Source: Armatimonadota bacterium (GTDB taxonomy: Bacteria; Armatimonadota; UBA5829; DTLH01). Taken from it: DNA of 14,719 nucleotides. The notes below the pieces were generated by a model, which searched no databases, was not told where the DNA came from, and saw nothing but the letters and a program-made list of their open reading frames with translations. The translations under genes were made by a program, and so were the position numbers. The stretch lies in contig JBBRAE010000052.1 in assembly GCA_038207085.1 (NCBI GenBank), forward strand, positions 1 through 14,719. The letters run 5' to 3'. This document shows positions 1 to 8,678 of this stretch, piece by piece. The first letter of the stretch is position 1. Every line of letters begins with the position of its first letter.

Positions 1-17
1 GGGCGAAAAGCCATCCC

Positions 18-560
18 CTACGCTGCTAGAAGCTCCAAGTCTGAGACTGCGGCAGAAAAGCCCGCTGCGTCCGTTCCTGAAAGCACCTTATCGATGTCCA
101 AAAGCAGTTTGACCCTGCCTTCAGACTTACCGATGCCAAGTATGTAGTCCGAGTTGACATTTATGCCAAACGACGGAGTGTCGTCGATATCCGAACTTGC
201 GATGTCGAGAACTTCCGACACCTTGTCGACGACGACGCCTACTTCAAGGCCCGAGGACTGCACTACGATAATGCAGGTCTCTTCGGTCTGCTCCTTTGTG
301 TCCATTTCAAGCTTGAGCCTTAGGTCCACTACAGGAATCACCTTGCCGCGCAAATTGATCACACCCTTGATGTGACTCGGTGTCCGCGGAACGGTGGTTA
401 TCGGCATCATCCCGATTATCTCGTGCACCTTTAGAATCTCAAGCCCGTATTCTTCACCCGCCAGAAAGAAAGTGAGGAACTTGCCTCCTCTTTCTTCGAC
501 GATACCTGCGACTGCTCCCATGCCTTTAGCTGCGGCAGCCGCGGCCGACTCACTGCTCAT
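18..560 (-). CDS. cheW: Chemotaxis coupling protein CheW
   Basis: Typical CheW sequence (KFLTFFLAGEEYGLEILKVHEIIG...IKGVINLRGKVIPVVDLRLK...VKLLLDIDKVL). Start moved from TTG 566 to ATG 560 because SD AGGAGGT (572-566) lies 5 nt upstream. Confidence 0.96.
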   Translation of the reverse strand: MSSESAAAAAAKGMGAVAGIVEERGGKFLTFFLAGEEYGLEILKVHEIIGMMPITTVPRTPSHIKGVINLRGKVIPVVDLRLKLEMDTKEQTEETCIIVVQSSGLEVGVVVDKVSEVLDIASSDIDDTPSFGINVNSDYILGIGKSEGRVKLLLDIDKVLSGTDAAGFSAAVSDLELLAA

Positions 561-583
561 ATTCAACCTCCTGGTTTGAGCTT

Positions 584-615
584 CAGCCGATCCATCTAAT
601 ATCCCAGATCGGCTG
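584..615. other. Stem-loop between cheA and cheW
   Basis: Perfect 9-bp inverted repeat CAGCCGATC (584-592) / GATCGGCTG (607-615), 14-nt loop, no U-tract. Function unknown. Confidence 0.45.
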
Positions 616-649
616 TATAATGAGCGACTGAAACGCGTTCAATTACGTC

Positions 650-3226
650 TCAGGCCGCACGCAAGCACATCACCTCCCCACCCCTTGACTCAATACATCC
701 AGACCTCGCAAGAGATGCGACCTCACCGGGGTCGATTATCAAACCGACTCGCCCGTCTCCAAGGATCGCGCCTCCGGAAATGCCGGGAATATCACCAAAA
801 CCATCTCCCAGAGTCTTCGCCACAACGTGCTGCTGACCGAGGAGCTCATCGACGAGAAGCGCGCAGCGGCGGTCGCCGTCTTCGAGAATGACAAGCAAGC
901 CCTGCGTCAGCTCCTCTACCCCACCAGTAATGCCAAAGAGCCGGTGCAGCCTGAATACGGGCATCAACTCGCCTCGGAGCATTACAAGCTCCCCTCGGCC
1001 CGTCACAGTAGACAAGGCCTCAGGATTTGGACGGAAACTCATGTAAATGTTGATCGTCGGGATGATGAACTTCTCATCGCCTACCCGCACAAGCATGCCG
1101 TCGGTTACTGCAAGAGTGAGCGGCAGGCGCACGGAGAATGTGCAGCCCTTGCCGAACTCGGATGTGATCTCGATGCGGCCCCGCATCGACTCGACGTTCT
1201 TCTTAACAACGTCAAGCCCAACGCCTCGCCCCGAGATATCGGTCACCTGGTCGGCGGTCGAGAACCCCGGCTCAAAGATCATGTTGAAGACCTCGCCATC
1301 GCTCATCCCCTTGTCGGTCTCTATCAGGCCCTTGGAGATTGCCTTCTCGACGATTTTCTCACGGGAAAGCCCCCGGCCATCGTCCTTCATCTCGACTACC
1401 ACGGTTCCACCGGAGTGAAAAGCCCTGAGTTTGACCGTGCCGGTCTTGGGTTTGCCGTTCTGGACGCGCACGTCGGGCGGCTCGATGCCGTGGTCGACCG
1501 CGTTTCGCACCATATGAACGAGCGGGTCGTTGATGATGTCGACCATGTTGCGATCTATCTCTGTCTCCTCGCCTTCGGTGATGAACTCAACGAGCTTGCC
1601 GCTCTTCTTCGCGACATCGCGCACGAGCCGGTTCATCTTCTGGAAGGTGGGCTTGAGAGGAACCATCCTCATAGACATGCTCAAATACTGCAACTCGCGC
1701 ACGATCTTGCCCATGTGGGTCACTTTCTTCGATAGCTCGTGGTGGCCCCGAAGCATGACGACACCGTCCTGGCTGACCATGGACTGGGCGATTACGAGTT
1801 CGCCGACGGTGTCGATCAGCCGGTCGAGCCTGTCAGTGCGCACCCGGACCGACGACTCAACGCCGCTTTCGTTGCCGGAAAGTTTCTTCTGGGTCCGAAG
1901 CGCCTTTGCAACGTCAGTGACCGAGGCTGCGGCTGCTTTAAGAAGCGCCTCTCCGAGCTTGTCCTCGTCTTCTTTCTCTTCTTCGACGGTCTCGACCCGC
2001 TCACGCAGGGCAGCGCCTTCAGCGACCAGGATATCTCCCACACGCGGAACGCTCGCCATCTCGAAAGAGTCGCCGTTAATTCCTGCTGCATCCGGGTCGG
2101 CGAGAGTATCTATCAACTGAGAAAAACCATCCGGCAGCTTCATAGGAGCCCCGCCAAGAGCCGACTGGACCTGCAAGATCAAATCTTTCAGCATATCGAT
2201 CGAGCGAAGCGACAGGTCAGCGTAACCACCAGTGCACCTGATCTCACCTTCACGCACGCGGCTTAGGAGCGACTCGGCTTTGTGAGCCAGTTCGGAGATG
2301 CTCACAAGCCCAAGAAACGCCGAAGTCCCCTTGATCGTGTGGAACGCCCGAAATACGACGTTCACAGCCTCAAGGTTATCATGGTCCGTTTCAAGGTCAA
2401 GAAGCGAGGCCTCAGCGCCTTCGATATACTCCAGACATTCTGTCACAAACTCCCCAAGGAGTCCGGTGTCGGCGTCGTCCGGAAGCTGGCAGGCTACCGA
2501 CTCCGCCTTGGCAACAGGCTTTGGAGCAGTCGGAGCAGGTGGGGCAATATCAACGGGCTTAGCCTCTGCTTGGGGCTCGGGCACGACATCGCAGCCCATG
2601 CCAAGGTCTTCGGAAGCGACCATTGCCTTCTCGATCAGGCATCCGACCTCCGTAAACGATGCAGACTCTTCGTCGGCTGTCCCTGCGGCGATAGCCGCAA
2701 GAATCGCGGCGGCTCGCTTGATAGGATCGGCGGCAGCGGCACATGCGTTGATGGAAATAGCGACAAGAGCGGCGCTGGCGCGTTTGAGATCGTCGGTGTC
2801 GGTCGGTTCGATCTGGAGAAGAAGGGTGGCGACGTCGTCGAGGTTCATATCCTCCTGCGGCCCCGCGCCACAGGCATCTTCGGAAGCAGAAGCCGCCTCA
2901 AGCTGAGCCGATGCGACCGAGACGATAGCTTCGCAGTCGTCTGGCGACAGCAGAGCCGATGCTGCGGCGTCGCAGGCGTCCCCAATAGCCGCGACAAGCC
3001 GCGCGGGCGGGTCGGCTATGTTCTCGTACACAGTCTTCAGCCCCTCAAGACAGCTGCAAACAAGGTCAAAGAGCAGTGAAGGAGCGCTTTCTTCTATCTC
3101 CCCCATGACCTCTTCAAGCCCGGCGCCGACTTTGACAACCACGTCGACATCACCCGGACCTATATCCTTGACTCTCTGTCCCGCGAGCCTGAGTCTTTCA
3201 ACAATTTCGGTATATTGACCTTGCAT
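650..3226 (-). CDS. cheA: Chemotaxis histidine kinase CheA with long N-terminal extension
   Basis: HPt motif VFRAFHTIKGTS, dimerisation domain SVRVRTDRLDRLIDTVGELVI, HATPase boxes (HMVRNAVDHGIE, DDGRG, IFEPGFSTA, SGRGVGLDVV), C-terminal CheW-like domain (LPLTLAV...GGAILGDGRVGLIID). Confidence 0.97.
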   Translation of the reverse strand: MQGQYTEIVERLRLAGQRVKDIGPGDVDVVVKVGAGLEEVMGEIEESAPSLLFDLVCSCLEGLKTVYENIADPPARLVAAIGDACDAAASALLSPDDCEAIVSVASAQLEAASASEDACGAGPQEDMNLDDVATLLLQIEPTDTDDLKRASAALVAISINACAAAADPIKRAAAILAAIAAGTADEESASFTEVGCLIEKAMVASEDLGMGCDVVPEPQAEAKPVDIAPPAPTAPKPVAKAESVACQLPDDADTGLLGEFVTECLEYIEGAEASLLDLETDHDNLEAVNVVFRAFHTIKGTSAFLGLVSISELAHKAESLLSRVREGEIRCTGGYADLSLRSIDMLKDLILQVQSALGGAPMKLPDGFSQLIDTLADPDAAGINGDSFEMASVPRVGDILVAEGAALRERVETVEEEKEDEDKLGEALLKAAAASVTDVAKALRTQKKLSGNESGVESSVRVRTDRLDRLIDTVGELVIAQSMVSQDGVVMLRGHHELSKKVTHMGKIVRELQYLSMSMRMVPLKPTFQKMNRLVRDVAKKSGKLVEFITEGEETEIDRNMVDIINDPLVHMVRNAVDHGIEPPDVRVQNGKPKTGTVKLRAFHSGGTVVVEMKDDGRGLSREKIVEKAISKGLIETDKGMSDGEVFNMIFEPGFSTADQVTDISGRGVGLDVVKKNVESMRGRIEITSEFGKGCTFSVRLPLTLAVTDGMLVRVGDEKFIIPTINIYMSFRPNPEALSTVTGRGELVMLRGELMPVFRLHRLFGITGGVEELTQGLLVILEDGDRRCALLVDELLGQQHVVAKTLGDGFGDIPGISGGAILGDGRVGLIIDPGEVASLARSGCIESRGGEVMCLRAA

Positions 3227-3278
3227 AACCTATCCAGTCCTCTATTTGGCCGCTTCACTCGTGACGTAAATGATTGGT

Positions 3279-3791
3279 TTAAGCTGTGGGCCTACCCACA
3301 GCAAGCCCGAGCCAGAACTGACCTTCCGGCAGGGAGTAACACATCCGAAGCGAGGAAAGCGCGCCGGGGAGCATTATGTTGATGTCGCTTCCACGGGCGA
3401 CCGTCGGCAGCGACATACTCACCCGCACGCCCATCATATCGAGTTGCGCGACCACGTCACCGGCAAGCACATTTGCAAGCTCGCCAACGACATCTCCCAT
3501 ATCCGCGCTTTCAAACTCGATCTCAAACCCTGCGAACTTCTGGGCAAGAGCGATAGCCGTTTCACGCGGAAAGCCAAGAGAAAGCGACCACGCTACCCCT
3601 CCCACAACCGAGATAATCCCGATTGCCCCCTCGCAGGGTGTGGATTCGATGCTTTCTCCCAATAAAACAGGCTCAGCTCCGGATATCGCACCAAACGTGG
3701 ATGCCATTGCGGCCTTAAGGCCTTCGATATATTCAGGCGCAGTGACGCCTTTTGCGGCGCAAACAGCGCTCAATGTTTCTGGTGTTGTCAT
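3279..3791 (-). CDS. cheX: CheX-family CheY-P phosphatase
   Basis: ExxN motif (DVVGELANVLAG), GIISVVG strand, C-terminal SLPTVARG; lies between cheY and cheA; SD AGGAG upstream. Confidence 0.88.
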   Translation of the reverse strand: MTTPETLSAVCAAKGVTAPEYIEGLKAAMASTFGAISGAEPVLLGESIESTPCEGAIGIISVVGGVAWSLSLGFPRETAIALAQKFAGFEIEFESADMGDVVGELANVLAGDVVAQLDMMGVRVSMSLPTVARGSDINIMLPGALSSLRMCYSLPEGQFWLGLAVGRPTA

Positions 3792-3803
3792 ATCGGATGT
3801 CTC

Positions 3804-4238
3804 CTAATCCATCAGTTTGCTGAAGAATCCACCAGGCTTCTGGCCCCGCTTCTTTTCGATATCTTCGATAAGAGGCCCAACTTTCTTCTGCACATATTCA
3901 ACAGTGAATGGCTTGGTGATATAGGCGTTTGCGCCGGCGCTGTCGAGGGCTTCCTCGATCTTTGCGACCGTCTTTTCGCTCGTCACCATAATGATGGGGA
4001 CGTCCGTAGACTTGGTGGTCGCGCGGACTTTCTTCACAAACTCGATGCCGCTCATCTTGGGCATATTCCAGTCCGCGAAAACGATGTCTATCACCTTTGG
4101 GTTGAACTTGGTGACGGCATCGGCTCCATCTTCGGCCTCTACAAACTCGAACTCAGCAAGCTGGGTCCGACGCAGCGACTCCATTACCATATTGCGCATG
4201 ACGCGCGAATCGTCGATTACAAGCGCCCGTAGCTTCAT
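3804..4238 (-). CDS. cheY: CheY-like single-domain response regulator with C-terminal tail
   Basis: Receiver motifs ALVIDDS, DWNMPKMSG, PIIMVTSE, YITKPF; first gene of the che operon; SD GGGAG 7 nt upstream. Confidence 0.92.
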   Translation of the reverse strand: MKLRALVIDDSRVMRNMVMESLRRTQLAEFEFVEAEDGADAVTKFNPKVIDIVFADWNMPKMSGIEFVKKVRATTKSTDVPIIMVTSEKTVAKIEEALDSAGANAYITKPFTVEYVQKKVGPLIEDIEKKRGQKPGGFFSKLMD

Positions 4239-4358
4239 TTACATTCTCCCGTTCCACTAGAGTATCGTTATGAAAGGGCGTTGCAGCCCTGGTCGATTCC
4301 TGCAGATCGTTTGCACGCGGCAGGTGGTGGTACAATTACTGTCACTCCCACTTTCATT

Positions 4359-4390
4359 GTTTCGGCTATTCACGCCCCCAGTCTTGTCAC
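4359..4390 (-). promoter_or_regulatory. Putative sigma28 (FliA/WhiG)-like promoter of the che operon
   Basis: Minus strand reads GTGACAAG-N16-GCCGAAAC about 120 nt upstream of cheY. The -10 resembles GCCGATAA and the same layout recurs at 8679-8710. Confidence 0.55.
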
Positions 4391-4459
4391 CCGAATGGAG
4401 CGCATTTCGGGCGATTTTCCGGCTCACCTGGGGTTAATACCTACTACCAAAGGAGCAGT

Positions 4460-4485
4460 CCTATGGGTGACATGTCACCTATAGG
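4460..4485. promoter_or_regulatory. 26-bp palindromic operator candidate
   Basis: CCTATGGGTGACA|TGTCACCTATAGG, one mismatch between arms, in the centre of the divergent intergenic region. Confidence 0.55.
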
Positions 4486-4529
4486 GAGTAACCCTGCGCC
4501 TGATAACAGTACCTGATTACCAACCCATC

Positions 4530-4545
4530 GGTGATTTTTGTCACA
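4530..4545. promoter_or_regulatory. CRP/FNR-family-like site
   Basis: GGTGA-TTTTTG-TCACA matches TGTGA-N6-TCACA at 9 of 10 positions, just upstream of the -35 at 4560. Confidence 0.35.
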
Positions 4546-4559
4546 GTTTCACTCCACTC

Positions 4560-4588
4560 TTGACAAAGTATGCGAGCAGGTGTAGAGT
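4560..4588 (+). promoter_or_regulatory. Putative sigma70 promoter for the mini-protein/kinase unit
   Basis: TTGACA (4560-4565), 17-nt spacer, TAGAGT (4583-4588). Confidence 0.55.
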
Positions 4589-4689
4589 TCTAACAGGTAG
4601 GCTGACTATGCAACGATGCATAACGCAGGCATTGCTCGGCAATCGCGCAACTGTCTGGGCACATTCAATGGAATTACAGAGGCATGGTT

Positions 4690-4926
4690 ATGACAAGTAC
4701 GGATGAGGTAGGCAATTTTCTAACGCAAGCCAGAGGCAACGTTCACAAACTCGCGGGTCTCTTGAGCGGCGTATCGGCAGGGCTATACTGCACCAAGATC
4801 GCTGAGGATATGCCGGGAGTGATGAGCTGCGTAGTGGACGTTCAGAAGCTGGTCGACGAAGCAAGCGAGGAACTCACTGAGCTTAGAAGCGCACTTCACG
4901 CAATGGGACGATCCCTCGAAAGCTGA
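4690..4926 (+). CDS. Small helical His-containing protein, DHp/HPt-like (candidate phosphotransferase)
   Basis: SD AGAGG (4678-4682) fits ATG 4690 better than ATG 4684. Amphipathic helical pattern, HKLAG motif, by-eye alignment to the HisKA region of the downstream kinase. Confidence 0.65.
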   Translation: MTSTDEVGNFLTQARGNVHKLAGLLSGVSAGLYCTKIAEDMPGVMSCVVDVQKLVDEASEELTELRSALHAMGRSLES

Positions 4927-4995
4927 GGTTGATTTCGTCATTACTACAAGTAAACGAGCATCAGGAGGAGTCCATCAGCACACCGAAACACCAAA

Positions 4996-7683
4996 GTGGC
5001 TTGGATTCACAAAGGGGAGAACGGTTTGGCGAGGACATACGATATTGATACAGATGTGCTACAGGCGTGCGGAGTTCTCACGCGCTGCAGGAAAGGATCG
5101 CCTTCAAGCGCTCTTGAAGTGATCGCAAGAGCCGTCTGCGCGGAAAGCGTCCGAGTGGATATGCCCGGCTCCGAGAGCTGCACATGGCCGTCACACACAC
5201 CCAGTAACGCTGGTTGGGCGTTCAGACTCCCAATCGGCAGAAGCACGACCCTAATTGGTGCGCTCGTATTTTCTTTTGATCGAGAACCGGGTGACTGGAA
5301 GGAAAAGCAGACCGCCCTCCAAGTTTTCGCAGACTGCCTCGCGCTCTTCTACGACAAGTCACAGGTCAAGAACGAGCTCGAACTCGCAGAGCCCTATCTT
5401 GACGCAGGCCTCAGCCGCGAGATGATCGACGACCGGGCGTTCTGCGACAGCGAGGAACGCTTCAAGGCGCTCGTGGACTCCATGGATGACCTGGTCGTAA
5501 CCCTGAACTACAAGCACAAAGTTGTCGGGGTGTACGGCAAATGGCTGAACAAATACCATGTCAATCCAAAAACGCTGATCGGTATTACCGCTAATCACAT
5601 CGTCGGTGAAGATATGGGGGCGCTGCATGAGTTCATGCTCAACCGAACGCTCGGCGGTGAAACAGTGGCCTATGAGTGGCAGGTACTGATTGGCGAGCAG
5701 CTTGTCAGTTTCCACACCGTGCTCTCTCCAATGCACAACGCAGCCGGCAGCGTAACCGCCGTTCTCGGAGTGTGCAGGGACATCACCGACATCAAGCGCG
5801 CCGAGCAGGAGCTGAGAAAGAGCGAAGCGACCGTTCGAGCTGTACTAAGCGCAATTCCTGACCTCGTTCTAAAGATCAGGCATGACGGGGTAATCGTCGA
5901 CGCAAACCGCCTCGAAAACACGACACATCACTTGCCGGACGAAGACTTCCTCGGCAGACCTATTGATGAAGTTATGCCACAGGGTGTTGCAGATAACATA
6001 ATCGCTCACATGCGAAAAGCTTTTCAGACAGGGAAACTTGAGACCTGCATCTACGAGCTCGACACCCCAAATGGCACGAATATCTCCGAAGCAAGAATCG
6101 TCCCCTGTGGACACGACTCGGTCCTTGCGCTTGTGCGCAACGTCACCGAAAACAGACGCAGAGAATCACACCTTAAGATCCAGACCTCCGCGATCAAGGC
6201 GGCCTCGGACCACGTGGTTATCCTGAACGCGAAAGGCCGGATAGAATACGTCAACCCCGCCTTCGAGCTTGATACGGGATACTCCACGTCTGACCTGCTC
6301 GGCAAGCACATCAGCATGCTCAGATCAGACGAACACAACACGTGGTTTTACAGGCAGCTTTGCTCGACTATAGAATCCGGCAGCACCTGGCAGGGTGAAG
6401 TCGTCACCCAGGCAAAAGATGGAATCTGTATCACGATCGATGCGACAATCACCCCTGTTAAGAACGAGAAAGGCCTGACCGAGCGCTACATAGTCATCGG
6501 ACGCGACATTACCGAGCGAAAAGCCTACCAAGACCACCTGATTCAATCGCAAAAGATCGAGATGGTCGGTCGCATGGCCGCAGGTATAGCCCACGACTTC
6601 AACAACCTGCTCCAAGGCATCCTCGGGTACACACGGATTCTCATGCACAGGCCAGAGATGGACCCTTCATGTCGGGAGGACCTGCTTGAGGTGGAACAGG
6701 CCGCTGTCCGCGCCGCAGACCTGGTAAGGCAGCTTATGACGTTTTCCCGGCAAGTGCCCAACCGCCCGGAGCCCGTCGACATCATCTCGCTTGCCCAGGA
6801 GACATCGCGCCTGCTTCGAAAGACCCTGCCCCGTACGCTTCGTGTTGATTGCACTGCGGCGCCGGGATGCTACCCGGCGCTTGCCGACGCGACGCAGGTC
6901 CATCAGGTGATTATGAACCTGTGCCTGAACGCACGCGACGCGATGAAGGACGGCGGACAGATTACCATCTCAGTAGATCAGGTGACGCTGGACGATGAGT
7001 TCGTCAAAGCCAACATCTGGGCACGCTCAGGCAAGTATGTGCTGTGCGTTGTCTCAGACACTGGCTGCGGCATGAGCGAAGATATCCGAAAGAGGGCCTT
7101 TGAACCGTTTTTTACTACCAAATCGCCCGAAGAGGGCACCGGGCTCGGGCTATCCGTCTGCTACGGCATAGTTCAGAGCCACAACGGCTTTGTGAACATC
7201 GAAAGCATGCCCGGGCAGGGAACGACGGTCAGCGTGTATCTGCCGGTCGCCAAAGGCAAAGCTGTGTCGCCGCCGGGAGATCCGGGGGAGGAGGGCCGCC
7301 GAGGCACGGAGACGATCCTTCTAGTTGACGACGAAGACTACATCACGAAGTTCGGCAAGAGGCTCCTTGAGAGTGTGGGATACAGCGTGCTGGTGGCGTC
7401 AAATGGCAGGGAAGCGGTGGAAACAGTTGCGAACTCGGGTCACATTATAGACCTGGTCCTGCTCGACCTGAACATGCCGGAGTTGGACGGCTTGGGAGCG
7501 CTTTCGATGATTCGGGAGTCCCACCCGGATATGAAGGTGATCGTAACAACCGGGCTCGACACCGGCACCACAGAGATGCCTCACGACAAGAAACCCGACG
7601 GACTTGTGCTCAAGCCATACAAGCCCGAAGTTCTCCTGCGAACGATCCGCAAACTGTTCGATGGGGAAGAGACGCATTGCTGA
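4996..7683 (+). CDS. Hybrid sensor histidine kinase/response regulator (GAF-like, 3 PAS, HisKA, HATPase, REC; CckA-type architecture)
   Basis: PAS/PAC ends RDIT, RNVT, RDIT; H-box AAGIAHDFNNLL; NLCLNARDAM; SDTGCGM; FEPFFTTK; GTGLGL; receiver ILLVDDE...DLVLLDLNMP...KP. The start may instead be TTG 5026, which follows AGGGGAGA. Confidence 0.95.
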   Translation: MAWIHKGENGLARTYDIDTDVLQACGVLTRCRKGSPSSALEVIARAVCAESVRVDMPGSESCTWPSHTPSNAGWAFRLPIGRSTTLIGALVFSFDREPGDWKEKQTALQVFADCLALFYDKSQVKNELELAEPYLDAGLSREMIDDRAFCDSEERFKALVDSMDDLVVTLNYKHKVVGVYGKWLNKYHVNPKTLIGITANHIVGEDMGALHEFMLNRTLGGETVAYEWQVLIGEQLVSFHTVLSPMHNAAGSVTAVLGVCRDITDIKRAEQELRKSEATVRAVLSAIPDLVLKIRHDGVIVDANRLENTTHHLPDEDFLGRPIDEVMPQGVADNIIAHMRKAFQTGKLETCIYELDTPNGTNISEARIVPCGHDSVLALVRNVTENRRRESHLKIQTSAIKAASDHVVILNAKGRIEYVNPAFELDTGYSTSDLLGKHISMLRSDEHNTWFYRQLCSTIESGSTWQGEVVTQAKDGICITIDATITPVKNEKGLTERYIVIGRDITERKAYQDHLIQSQKIEMVGRMAAGIAHDFNNLLQGILGYTRILMHRPEMDPSCREDLLEVEQAAVRAADLVRQLMTFSRQVPNRPEPVDIISLAQETSRLLRKTLPRTLRVDCTAAPGCYPALADATQVHQVIMNLCLNARDAMKDGGQITISVDQVTLDDEFVKANIWARSGKYVLCVVSDTGCGMSEDIRKRAFEPFFTTKSPEEGTGLGLSVCYGIVQSHNGFVNIESMPGQGTTVSVYLPVAKGKAVSPPGDPGEEGRRGTETILLVDDEDYITKFGKRLLESVGYSVLVASNGREAVETVANSGHIIDLVLLDLNMPELDGLGALSMIRESHPDMKVIVTTGLDTGTTEMPHDKKPDGLVLKPYKPEVLLRTIRKLFDGEETHC

Positions 7684-7812
7684 GTCGCTAAGTCGGTTTT
7701 CTTATCTGTCCTGACAAACGACCGATTACTGACGTGTTATCAGGGCTGAGGTGGGAACACAACTCAGATTCCCCACCCCGACCTCGTGATTTTCGTAACC
7801 CTGCGAGTAGGC

Positions 7813-8514
7813 TCAGTTGCAATGGCCCTTCAACTGCTCCAGCAGTTCCCTGCGAGAGGTAACGTTCAGATGCTGATAGATCCTGCGCAAATGGGTTTTC
7901 ACGGTGTTGACGCTTACGGAAGTCACTTTGGCGATTTCCTTATTGGTCAAGCCGTTTGAAGCAAGAGCCGCGATCTCGCGCTCACGCGCGGACAGACCTT
8001 TGGCCTGGTTTTCCGAGGCAGTATCTCTGAACGTATAGTGGATTTTTGCCATTCTCTCCAAGATAGGCGCGGCGATTGAAGGGTCAAATACGTGCTCACC
8101 GGACGCGACGGCTCTTACGGCATCAACCAGACGCTCACACGAACTGGTTTTAACCATATAGCCTTCGGCACCGGCATTGATCGCGTCGAGCAGGATTTCC
8201 TCCTCGTGATACGCGGTCAAGAACAGAATCTTGATCTCCGGGTGTGACATTTTCAGGTCTCTGGCCCATTCGATACCTGACCCATCAGGCAACACAATAT
8301 CCAACAGGACGACGTCAGGACGTCCCTGTTCGATAACGGTTGTTGCTTCCGCTATGCTGCCAACTGCTCCGGCGACTTCGAATCCGTCTTGGCTGGAGAG
8401 CATTCTGACCAACAGTTCTCTTACCATTCCGTGGTCTTCTACGATGGCAATCGTCGTTCTCTCCGCCGGCACTCCCTGGCTTTGCCTTTCTGCGATGACA
8501 GACACTCTTTCCAC
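7813..8514 (-). CDS. NarL/LuxR-family DNA-binding response regulator
   Basis: Receiver (IAIVEDH, PDVVLLDIVLPDGSG, FLT, GYMVK) plus LuxR HTH (LSAREREIAALASNGLTNKEIA...VNTVKTHLRRIYQHL). Start probably GTG 8514 (GGAGGG 6 nt upstream) rather than 8610. Confidence 0.94.
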   Translation of the reverse strand: MERVSVIAERQSQGVPAERTTIAIVEDHGMVRELLVRMLSSQDGFEVAGAVGSIAEATTVIEQGRPDVVLLDIVLPDGSGIEWARDLKMSHPEIKILFLTAYHEEEILLDAINAGAEGYMVKTSSCERLVDAVRAVASGEHVFDPSIAAPILERMAKIHYTFRDTASENQAKGLSAREREIAALASNGLTNKEIAKVTSVSVNTVKTHLRRIYQHLNVTSRRELLEQLKGHCN

Positions 8515-8678
8515 GATCATCCCTCCGGGCGGATCCAAATTGACTGTGCTGAGCTGCTTGGTCCGCGCGTCCGATACCGGTACCGGGCGCGACTCCCAGT
8601 GCCCAAGCACATGTAATACGTTCTACACCGGGCCCGCGTCATCCTTCATTTTCCAGAGAGTATTTTTTGCAATTGTGA

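Noticed and set aside
827..3079. Long plus-strand ORFs (827-1735, 1530-2120, 1739-2266, 2282-3079, 2298-2906)
   Set aside because: Antisense shadows of cheA in GC-rich DNA; no recognisable motifs.
4281..4484. 67-aa plus-strand ORF in the divergent intergenic region
   Set aside because: TTG start, no recognisable protein features, and it overlaps promoter and operator motifs.
7684..7812. Bidirectional terminator between the kinase and the luxR-type gene
   Set aside because: Only weak, interrupted stems and no U-tract.
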